A DNA stretch of 64,000 nt, from assembly GCF_009914755.1 (NCBI RefSeq), contig NC_060925.1, one strand, 5' to 3'. Below the pieces are notes generated by a model. It was given only the letters and a program-made list of their open reading frames with translations, did no database searches and had not been told where the DNA came from. Of this stretch, positions 45,546 through 56,880 are shown piece by piece. Position numbers and translations under genes: made by a program. The DNA is from the human T2T-CHM13v2.0 reference genome, Homo sapiens. The stretch's first letter is position 1. Each line of letters opens with the position of its first letter.

Positions 45546-45588
45546 TGTGTGTGTGTGTGTGTGTATTTGTGTGTGTGTGTGTGGTGTG
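45546..45588 (+). repeat. (TG)n microsatellite
   Basis: tgtgtgtgtgtgtgtgtgtatttgtgtgtgtgtgtgtggtgtg. Confidence 0.95.
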
Positions 45589-48500
45589 AATTTTGAATGG
45601 AGGAACAGAAGGGTTCTTTTACTGTATGTGTACCAATTTAAAGAGAAAAGTGACCCTGAGTCAACGAGAGGTGAAACTTGCCAGTCAGGGTGAATAACCT
45701 GTCAGTTTTGGCCATTTCTCTCTCTCCCTCTCTCTCTCACTCACTTTCTCTCTTACCCAGGAAAGAATTGGTTAAGCATATCATGGTAAATTGATTTCTG
45801 GAATCTATGTCAATAAAATATATTGTTTACAAACAAGGAAATAAGGCTGAGTAATTATAAAAATGCTAGAGACTTTTAGAAAGAGTTAAGAATATCTACA
45901 CTTTCCCCCCACCCTACAGTATCAGAGAACATAGGACCTTCACAGGGAATCAATTCCTCTGTACTTACATTCTTCAGTATTTTTCAAAACAATTCATTTG
46001 TATGCCTCTCAAATACTCATGCTTATAATAAAATAAAAATAAAAACAGGCATGGTATAAAAAGACCCATCGTGTGAACATAGTACCCCAGTCAGCCATTG
46101 TCCTGGATCCTCATAGAAGAGAAGAGCCATTCATGAGTTAGAGACCTCTTGACAGTCTTCAATGAACATTGATTCCCAAGGACTTGCAAATGGCCACTGT
46201 GAATTTCTAAAGTGAATTTCTGAAGGAGGCTTTTGGGCAGTGGGGAGGTATTATTCCCTTTAGTCCTGGAGACCAGTTTAGAAAATAATATCATCTGCCA
46301 TGGTCTTTTTTGCCCGACATGGACAGTAATTATTTATTGCTTGAGAATCTTTCACTGCTGTTGTGAAAGAAACAGTTTGAAAAGCAAATTGAGTAAGCAG
46401 ATGTGAAGGACCATTTAAAAGCTAATAAAATTGGTCATGATTAGTTTATCTTAGACTGAAATTTCAGCCATATTTCAAGCTGAAAATATCAACAAAAACA
46501 TTTTCAATAATTTTTTATGTCATGCTAGCACTATTGCCAAAAAGGAATAGTGGTGAAGTTATTGATTACAAGCATGTTTAAAGCATTAATCTATGATTTA
46601 ATTAAAATAATTTAAATATAATAGTGAGCAAGATTTGAGGTATCTGCATATATGTATATTAAGAATAGTGAAAATCAGTAATAATTATTTCTTTGATATT
46701 CCACATTTCCTAATGCTGCTGTGAGTGCATTTCCTGAAAGTTAACATATGCTCTTCTTTTTAACCTGAAAAATATCTAGTATCCTTTGGACATCATGTTT
46801 ATCTCAACTTCCTCAACTCAGTAATGGAAAATGAATTAAGGTAACTTGAAAAATCTGCCATGAAAATTATGTGGAATAATGTAATAAAGTACTGAGAAAT
46901 ATGACTGACCTGTAATAGGCATTCAATCATGTGTATATCAAAAATTCTACTACACTATACTTATAGGTCTCTCTGGTGCTGTTTCTTCCCTTCCTCTCTC
47001 TCTCACCTTCTACCTGTGCCCCAGCCAATAATCAAGTCATTTTTTCCTGTAAGGTGGCAAAATGTCGAGATTCATTTTAGCAGAGAAATGACTTGTTTTA
47101 CAAAGCCATTCCTTAGGCTTCTAAAACAGCATACGAATTGACTCTAGTTGATCATGAAACTCTCCCACACAGCTTAGCGCTGTGTGCTGAGATTAAGTTC
47201 ACACTGATTAGAATTTTAAAATTATTTTACTCTTCACAGTGCCTTGCACAGAATAGGTACTAAATAAAAATTATGTGGTTATTCAATAGATGTCACCAAA
47301 TTCTTAACTCCTCCCAAGCTGATTGTTTTGAAACCAGATGTGCTGGTATAGAGTTAGTATACTTTTGCAGAGGAAAAAAATAGCCAAAACAAATACAGTG
47401 CTGTTACCATAAAAGAAAATCAATATTTTAGACCTTAAATAAAAGGAAGTGTTTGACATTTGTGGCTTTCTTTAACAAGGACATAGGGACCCAGACAGGG
47501 TTGGCTGAATATTTGTGGTGCTCTCAGTTTATAGACACAGCTGAAGCCCAGTGAAAATATTTTGAATGTACAAGATGTTTTCAAAGATGCTTTGAGTGCA
47601 CAAGAGACAAGATGAAGAAGACAAGTTTGTTTTTAATGAAAACAAAAAAGCAAAAAATAGAGACAATTCAACTATAAAGGGAGAATTCAAAATTTAGATG
47701 TGGCTTGATAAAGTGGAACTAGATAAATCTTAACAAAGTTCTTGGAAAATCCAGGACCTCAGTCTAGAAAGAAAGAGTAACTGCCTACTGAAGCAGAACT
47801 GAGTGAGTGAAGACATATGGAATAAATTTTCAAGCAAAGCCCCCAAATCAAATAATATGAATGAGTTGAAGAAATAGCAGTACACTTTAACAGAGAAAGT
47901 TGAGATCAAAAGACGTAGTAATAAAGCTAATAAGAAAAACTGAGATAACTAGATAAGAGCAGATTTTGGGTCAAATTGTCCATTTGTGCCTAGGTATTTC
48001 TTTCTTTTTGTCATGGCATACTGTAGTTTGAAGGTGCCTTCAGATGTATAAATGAGTCCCTTGGGCTTTGCAAGCAAGCTTTTTGTGCTACCTGAAGCTC
48101 CTGATTATGATTAGGAATGTTCCATTTGTCTGGCCCCCACACTCTTGTCATACTTTAAAGATGGTTCCTGCAAGTAAGTGGTAAAATAGAGCAATTATCA
48201 TGTTCATCCATGTCTCCTGGTACCTTATTCAGGAAGGCAGATGGCTAGGCAAAACTATTACCCAGAAGTATAGACCAAGAAGTACAAACGTCTCTTAAGA
48301 TGACGGCCATGGTGACAGTAGGGCCAAGTGAATAGTCAAACAAAAAAACAAAGTGGCAATTTTATAGATCACCATCTACCCTCAAAGCCGTTGCATTCAT
48401 AATACTCTACCCAATGACATATTTGTCACATAAACAAGAGGCTGTTGTTCCCAATGTTTGCCCTCAAGTTGTTAGTTAGCTGCTGACCTCATAATCTGCA

Positions 48501-49459
48501 CAGCTGTGGCATCCCAATGTGTTGTCATGAAACAGATTGTGATGTCTTAATTGATCACTTTCAGAGGTTACAATTGTCAAGTGAGACCAGTGTGCTGGTC
48601 TCACTTAATTCTATATTAAGCCTTGTTACAGCAAAACTGGCTAATTCATTATAATGACTAGGAAATCCAATGTAATTTGCTGCATTTTATAGATTTGAAC
48701 ATATCCAAGACTTTTTCTTTTTCTTCTTTTTGATTGTTTAAATTTGTGGAGGCTATACCCCAACCATGCTTTTATTACACAACGAAGCAACTTCTTGGAA
48801 TAGCAAATGGAATGTAACTCCCCGCACCATATGCATCTTGGTGATAAGTTGGAGTATGCCATATGATACACACAATTTAAATCAGGCATTGATTTGCATG
48901 ACTGTAAGTGAATTGGAGGACTCAGCTAAGAGTAATGGATGTCAGGCTCTGCTGCAAGCCGTCTGGCAAGAAGAATATTATGTTCTTCTCTATTGTGTAA
49001 AAGAAGGTAGGCTCCTAAGAGGTTGAGGAAGGGTCTTAAATCAATGCGTGACCCCAAAGGGCACTTCCTTGTGCCTCCATTTTGGTCACTGGTGAAGTCT
49101 TCACTATGGCACTAACCTATAAAACTCTCTTTTCCAAGTGTCCTAATACACTCATTCACCTTGTATGGATCTATTCCCATCTGGTGCCTGGACCACCTGC
49201 TACTCACATTAGTTGAGAAACCTTACTGTGGCAGGGGTGATGAACAGTCCCTTTAATAACAGAGTTTTAAGACAACTCATAAATGGGCCTTTGTGCATTC
49301 TGCAAGTCAAGTTTTTTTCAAAAGTTTTATCTTTGACATTTCAAATAAACACATGCCTTTGTCGGTCTGGCACATTTTATAGGAGTACAAATAAAAATGA
49401 AATCAAAGAAACTAATTTAAGTTAATGTAATAACTGTTAGCATCCAAAATGCAGGAGGA

Positions 49460-49825
49460 AGAACAAGCATGTTTATCAAAGCACTTTTTTATAGTAGAAA
49501 AAAAAACAGATAATAGCTAAATGCCCAGCAGTAGGCAAATCGGTACATATGGTATATCCCTATAATGGAATCTTGTGCAGGCATAAAACTATCTCTAAGG
49601 GCTGACATGGGAAAGGCTGATGATTTTTGATTAATGGTTTCTCATTAAGTAAGAAACCAAGGTGGCCAAAGAATATAAATGGCATTTCTCAACCTGTCTA
49701 AAATAATATCTATAGAAAGGAAAAAAATATGACAAAAATCGGTGTAGTGTTATTGAGTGATGAGAATATGGAGAATTTTTTAAATCATTTTGTCCATTCT
49801 TTTTAGTTTTTGAGTTTCCCATATT
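49460..49825 (+). mobile_element. L1ME 3' fragment
   Basis: gctaaatgcccagcagtagg...atggtatatccctataatggaat. Confidence 0.55.
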
Positions 49826-49874
49826 ACTTTACTAATTAGGGGGAAAAAGTTTTTAAAGCAGTTTGAGTAGTTTC

Positions 49875-50640
49875 AATTCAATAGGCTGTACCTTCAGAAT
49901 ATTTCCAGAACATAAGCGGCTTCTCTCCATCTCCTTTGCTACTCAACATGGTCCACATCACTATCCTCTCTTGCTGGGATTGTAGCAGCGGCCTAATCTC
50001 CTGCTTCCACCCTGGCCTCTTTTTTTTATCAACTTTCCACACAGTTGCCAAAGCTGTTAAAATGTAACTCAGCTCAGTCATTCCTCTGTCCCGAGCCCTT
50101 CAATGGCGCTTCATCTCACGCAAACTGAAAGACCCCAAGTGATTTCTCCCCTGCTATCTGTCTGGCCTCAGTACCTACTTGGCTCTCCCCACTGGCTCTG
50201 CCAGGCTACATTGCTCTTCCTATTCCTTTCCTGCCTCAGGGTATTTGCATTGGTTTTTGCATTTGCTCTGCAGGAAAGCTTTTTTCCTAAATATGCTCAT
50301 GGCCAACTCTTTCACTTCATTCAAGTCTTTCCTCAAAGATTATTTTCTCAGCAATGTCTTTTTCTGGTTACTCCACCAACTCTCTCTCTCTCACACACTC
50401 ACACACACACGTGCACACACATACCTCTTAACCTCCTTTCCTGCTTTAATTTTCTCGATTTAGTACTTAGCAAAATTTAACATATTATATGGGATGATAG
50501 TTTATTTATTGCCTTTCTCCTGCACCCAACTTGAATATAAGCTCTATGAGAACAGGAGTTTTTGTTTATAGTTTTCACTGCTGAATTCTAACCCGTGGAA
50601 CTGTGCCTGACACATCGCAGGTGCTCTATGACTGCTGTGA
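49875..50640 (+). mobile_element. L2 (L2a-like) 3' region
   Basis: ccttcagaatatttccagaa...ttccacacagttgcca...cctgcctcagggtatttgca...taagctctatgagaacagg...gtgcctgacacat. Confidence 0.85.
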
Positions 50641-51930
50641 GTGCCTACCATTGATAGGAACAATGGTCTGTTACAGTTGTATGATGACTAACTGGTTGAT
50701 TTTTATGCAGTATCTTACCTCTCAGTGTAGTTATTTTAATTCAATTGCTTTCACTTCCTAACTTAACCAACTGAGCCTTTAATGTATTCCAGGGACTGAC
50801 GGGGGAATGGAGTTAAAATGAAAAAGATAGGCATTGTTCTGACATAGTTTACTGTCTAGTGGACAGACATAATTAAACAATAAAGTCCAACACAATACAT
50901 AAAACAAGGATAGTACCCAGTCGAGAGAGGCTACTCACCAACAGGCACAATAAAAATTCAAGATCGAATGTCAGATGCAAAATGTGGAATCTCATAGAAG
51001 GGAGATGAGAAAGATGTATATCAAAAAAGCACATTGCTTCTTTATTACTGTTTTAAAAGAAAGGGTGACTATGTGGGAGAGAAGCAGCAAAAGCAATCTA
51101 TTTGGTTGTTTTAGGAGAACTGAAAGCAAGGAATAACGGAAAGGGCAGTGGGCTTAGAGTTAGACGATCTAGATTTGAATCTAACACTGCAGCTTTATCA
51201 TCTCCAAGTCCTGAAAGCTGATGCTTAACTTCCACGAGTCTCTATTATCTCCGTGGTTAAATAAAAAGGGAGAAAGGGACTTAGACTAACTATAGAGACT
51301 GTCTGTGTATATACCTTCCCATCTAAAAGGAGGCCTTTCCTTATCCATCTAGGATAAACATAAACACAGACGCCAATTAATATGATGACTTGAGGGAATC
51401 TCTGAAGGGTCTCTGTAATATTTCTGCTAGCCTGGGACTTACCTTAAGTAGTTACTGGTTCTGAAAATCTGTTTTATAACCTCATTGCTTGCTGAACTCT
51501 TCATATTTTTATCAATTGCTCATAACCATTCATGCATACAGGTAAAATACATAATTGATCCCTGGATATGTTTCTTTTGCATTTCCTTTATAGCCACCAA
51601 CCTTATTACAAAGATCAAATCTTTTCGTATTTTCTTATTTCACCTGAAATTACAGTTCTGAATAAAAATATTTATCATTTAGAGTGGAAAACAAATAACT
51701 ATTTTTTGCCTATAATTTTAAACCAGGGCGTGGGGATTATAGAAATTAAAATTATTTTTTGACGGTATACTTTTTCTTTTTTAATGGAAGCATGCTGTTA
51801 ACTTGATAATCTGTGGCAGCGACTGTAGGTTTGGTATTTGTAGGTACTTCAGAGATATTTCCATATTTGGTAATTATACAATATATGAACTTTTGTTTTC
51901 CCATAGGAACTTGTTTGACTAAGTGGAATT

Positions 51931-51965
51931 TACTAATTTACATGCCTTCTTTCTCTATTTTTCAG
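51931..51965 (+). promoter_or_regulatory. Branch point, polypyrimidine tract and 3' splice site of the ST6GALNAC3 exon
   Basis: TACTAAT at 51931-51937 (branch A 51936, about 30 nt upstream), then an AG-free pyrimidine tract ending in CAG at 51963-51965. Confidence 0.85.
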
Positions 51966-52375
51966 CCTTTGCAACTGGACTGTGACCTTTGTGCCATAGT
52001 GTCAAACTCAGGTCAGATGGTTGGCCAGAAGGTGGGAAATGAGATAGATCGATCCTCCTGCATTTGGAGAATGAACAATGCCCCCACCAAAGGTTATGAA
52101 GAAGATGTCGGCCGCATGACCATGATTCGAGTTGTGTCCCATACCAGCGTTCCTCTTTTGCTAAAAAACCCTGATTATTTTTTCAAGGAAGCGAATACTA
52201 CTATTTATGTTATTTGGGGACCTTTCCGCAATATGAGGAAAGATGGCAATGGCATCGTTTACAACATGTTGAAAAAGACAGTTGGTATCTATCCGAATGC
52301 CCAAATATACGTGACCACAGAGAAGCGCATGAGTTACTGTGATGGAGTTTTTAAGAAGGAAACTGGGAAGGACAG
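51966..52375 (+). CDS. ST6GALNAC3: Internal coding exon (410 nt, phase 0 to phase 2; probably exon 3) of alpha-N-acetylgalactosaminide alpha-2,6-sialyltransferase 3, encoding sialylmotif L
   Basis: Translation PLQLDCDLCAIVSNSGQMVGQKVGNEIDRSSCIWRMNNAPTKGYEEDVGRMTMIRVVSHTS...KKETGKDR contains sialylmotif L (CAIVSNSG...EID...RMNNAPT...DVG..T) and matches the ST6GalNAc III sequence as I recall it. Acceptor ttctttctctattttttcag|CCT, donor GACAG|gtgagc. CpGs are retained relative to the flanks. Confidence 0.97.
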
Positions 52376-54524
52376 GTGAGCCCTCTCTGAAGCAGCTTTA
52401 TTGTCTTTTATTATCTTTTATGCTAAATTTTCGCCAATTCCTTTTGCAGGATATAAAATGAACAGTTATTTATTTACGCTGATTGTTATATGTTTTGACT
52501 ATTATGATTACTTGATAAGCCAGCCTGAGGTCTCATTTATTCCACCTATACTACCTCCTGTTCTTTCCATTCTGATTGGTTTGAGTCTCCAAGAAACACT
52601 GGATACTTCCCCAAGGTATCTTTTGATCTTTTTTTATTTTGTTCCATTTGCTATTGATTGAGTTGGATTTCAGCTGAAAGAGGAAGCCTAAACATTTCTG
52701 TTTCAAAACCTAGTAATGGTAAGGAACTTTAGGATTATGCATTAATCTAAACTCCTCTGGGAATTTTGCCAAAATTTTACCTGAGACCACAAACAGAACA
52801 GGCTACTGATTCTCCAATAAGATTGTGTAGCTTCTTGCATGCAAATAGGCACTGTGATCCTGAACATCATAACTTGGTATCTAACTTGTTCAGCAGAATA
52901 CCATATTGAAATTATACGTCCCTTAAAATCATTAGCAGTTGAATTATTTTAAAGAAATGAGGTATAAATACTATTCATTCAATTATCCAAAAACCAATTT
53001 GCATTTTTTATTACATCCATGTTTTTTCTGTAGCATTCTGTAAACTACACTTCGCACTTTTTTCCCTTGAAGCCTGCTTTCCCCTCCCCTTCCTTCTCCT
53101 ATTTCCTCTGTTTGCTCCATTTCCAGCTCCCTCATCTCTTCTGTAACTGAATTGTGTGCCATGTTTTCTTTCTTTTTAGAAAGATAACTATTAAAACAGA
53201 GAAAACAGGAATTACAAATCAGACAATCTTAGTTCTTATATCTAGCGCTAATAAAGAACTGTTAAGGGAAGATATTGAAACCAATAGCTAAAGTTTTAAA
53301 TTATCTGTGAATTTTGCTTATTTGTGCAATATCATGGATAAATTGAGCATCTGCTATAGTTCCAATATTAGCATTCCAATTTTTTCAAAATGTATGTATT
53401 TCACTATTCAATATTATCAAATCTAAGCTTTTAACTATATTGAGCTATGTGCTCAGGGAGGTGCAGTTTCTGATATCTCTGGATGTAATTTGAATGCTGA
53501 TGATTACTTAAAAACCTTAGGTGGATCAACTCTCCTTTGGTAATGTGGGTTGATCTGAATTTAACATTTTCTACTTCTGAGCACCAAAAATACACAGCTT
53601 CATATGAAATACAAGACAGAAATAGCCATGAAATACTAGTTCCTCGGACTGTATGAGTTAGCAAGAAGAATCCCAAGGGTGAGATTTGAATCAATGTAGC
53701 ATAAACTGTCCAAAATGACAGGCAGTAGAGATGAAAGGGATAGGTATGGTGCTTCAAAGAAAAATGGTCATATGTCACATTATTCTATATAAATATGAAG
53801 CCTATTCACAAAGGGCTTTGGAAATTTCTGATCTCTCCTTAGCCCAGAGCAATGCAATTAATGAAATGTATTTTGGTTTTTCATTAGTTAGAGTTAGCCC
53901 TCAGGGTATCACCCAGACATACCTATAAGCCCTAGAGTCATTTGCGGGGAGGTATCAGAGAAGAGCTTAGCATGCTGTTGGTTCATGTTTTTATGTGTTT
54001 ATTTCACATTGACTTTTGCCGTGAGCTTTGAGGGAGACAACACCATCACATATGTGTAAATTGTAAAAGAATTGGGAGAGAATAGCTTTGGGAGATCATT
54101 TTCTTACTGGCCATGATGAAGAAAGCTGTATCGTAGGAAAATTACTAGGTAATTTTACTCACTTGATAAAGTTAATTTGCAAGGTATCATTCGATTGGTA
54201 GAGTTACCAAAATGAGAGTTAAAGAAACAGAAATATGGTTTCAGTTTATGGTGCATTCTTATCTTTTTCACTGAGTCTATTTCTGTCTGGTTGCTTCACT
54301 TAGTACTCCAACCAGACAAGAGAAGACAACTATGCTAGTGTTTTAGAAATGGACAGAATGGGTGATTTAAGTAGAGCCTGGTTGGATAATAAAATGTTGA
54401 TCAAAATGACCTCAGAAGCTGCTGTTCCCAATCTATATCCTAACCCCATCTATGTTAAAGACTTTTATTGTCTAAGAATTTCCCATGACAATCTGATATT
54501 CATTGTCAAATTTCAAACTAGAAT

Positions 54525-55991
54525 ATATTTTTCAACTTTTCATGAAGGAAAATGTCAAACTTATAGAGACACTAGTGGTGTAATGAGCCTCTGTATAACC
54601 ATCACTTAGCTTGAATAATTATTAATTCATGACCAGTATGGTTTCATCTATACCCCTACACACTTTCTCTCTCACCAAAGACTATGTTGAAACAAATCTC
54701 AGATATCATATAATTTTATTTATAAATATTTTGGTGTATACCTCTAAAAGATAAAAAGTCTTAAAATCAATACAATACCATTGCCCTACATAAAAATCAA
54801 CAATTCTGCCTTAATATCATTATATATTTAGTTTGCAAATTTCCCAATTGTCTCATTGATATATTTTTCATAGTTTGTTTTAATTAGGATTAGCATAAGG
54901 TTCATACATAGCAATTGATTGATATGTGTCTTATATTTCTCCTAACCTATATAGAAACTTCCCTGTCTCTCCTTCTCTCTTCTATCTCCCTCCCTGCCTG
55001 TTGTTGAAAAAACCTAGGCATTAGTCGTACAGAGTTTTCCACAATCTAGATTTGTTAATCACATTCCCATGATCTTTCTTTTTCTGCTACACTGGTATTT
55101 ATGTATTGAGGCTTGGTTGGATTCATGTCTTTTTTTTTTTTTTTTTTTTTTGCCAAAACCATTAGGTGGTTCTTCTCTCAGAAGAAATACTCTCTAGTTT
55201 TCTCTTTTTTTAATGTTAGATGCCATTAATGATTATTTGCTAGATTATATAATGTATTAGGATTGCACAATGGTGCTATTTCATCTTATCCTTTTTATTT
55301 ATTAGCTGATATATTTTATTAAGAGTAATTTACCCTCTTATTCATTTGGTTACCATGAGATAGAAACCAATCCTGTTCTCCTCTTTATTTACCAGTTTTA
55401 ATGTATTAGTTTCCTTGCATTCTCTATAGGCGTCCACTATTATTAATATTTACATATTGACTTACAGACTTAAACATACTTGAAGTATTTTAATTTATTA
55501 AAATTATATCCTTATGCTCAGATTGCCCTATTTTGGCCTATGGGAACCTCTTCAAATTGGCTTTGAGTCCTTTTGACATGCCCTTAGTAGTCTTTGATAG
55601 CTTCTTTGTTTCCTGGTATTATGGAATGTTTCAGGCTTTTTTTGTACATATTCCGAGGCAGACCTGGATTCAGACATTTCTGCAAAGAACGTCAGTTTCT
55701 TTTAGTAGTTAAGAGAGCATAATATTAGCACCATTGCTGCTCATTGCTACTGGATTGGTCTTTGTTTCTTGGGCTTTACAGAGGACAGAGGTAGTATGTA
55801 AACAATATATACTGTGTATATTGTTTAAAGATAAAATCGTTATGAGTTCAAACCGAAACTTTCAATTCAAATCCAGGGCTATCAGGTTTTAAGTTTACAT
55901 CCTCTATCTTATATCTGTTCCTTCTTTTTACCATGCTGACAATCACAGGTCTCAGAGATTTCAATGTAATTATTCATCTGCTTTATTCCAC

Positions 55992-56031
<40 letters not shown>

Positions 56032-56095
56032 ATCTTAGAATAAGAATAACAGCACAACAAGCAATATAATTATGGTAAACACTTTAAGGATATTT
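54525..56095 (-). mobile_element. L1MC4-like 3' region with (CA)n at about 55993-56029
   Basis: gaaaatgtcaaacttatag...gtttcatctataccc...aaacaaatctcagatatcatataatttt...gggaacctcttcaaattggct. Confidence 0.75.
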
Positions 56096-56576
56096 TGCAT
56101 CAAAGAAAACATTTGAATGGCAAACATTTATGTGGATCTGTGCTCACAAAGTATATGTTGGTAATAGTCTCCAAAAAAGAACATTTTTCTCCTAAGTAAA
56201 TAGGAGTGAATTAAGTGGTATACATCACTGAAGTCATGAGGAAATAGAGAATAAGGGGTGTCCATTTAATTTTGCTTTAACTGTAAAGCTATTTTGTTTG
56301 ATTTGCCTGTAGTTATTAGAACTTTTTAGCAAGTAGTTATTTTCATCATCAAGTTTTTAACAGAGAGACAATGTCATCATTATTATGTATAATTTATAGA
56401 ATTAAAAATATGTCACTAGTAGTTAAAGTGATTCATGATAGGAAAATGATTACATGGAGTTCCTCAAAGAAAACTTTGCTTCTCAGCTTGCTTCTTAAAA
56501 TTGTAAAAATACTTAAAAAAAAATATAGCCCTTCCGTTTAAGGTAGGCATCTTTTCACTTTTCCAAGTATTGTGGG

Positions 56577-56880
56577 TTTTGTTTTTTTTTTTTTTTTTTT
56601 GAGACAGAGTCTCACTCTGTCACCCAGGCTGGAGTGCAGTGGCATGATCTCTGTTCACTACAACCTCCGCCTCCCAGGTTCAAGTGATTCCTCTGCCTCA
56701 GCCTCCTGAGTAGCTGGGACTACAGGCACGCACCACCATGCCTGGCTAATTTTTGTATTTTTAGTAGAGATGGGGTTTCACCATATTGACCAGGCTAGTC
56801 TCGAACTCCTGACCCCGTGAGCCATCTTCCTTAGGCTCCCAAAGTGCTGGGATTACAGGCGTGAGCCACCACGCCCGGCC
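56577..56880 (-). mobile_element. AluSg-like
   Basis: Antisense dimer with long T-tail; TSD agtattgtg / agcattgtg. Confidence 0.95.

Noticed and set aside
51813-51965. N-terminal 51 aa of the 188-aa ORF (MAATVGLV...SIFQ)
   Set aside because: It starts at GTG and runs through the branch point and polypyrimidine tract. It is intron that happens to be open; sialyltransferase similarity starts at the AG|CCT acceptor.
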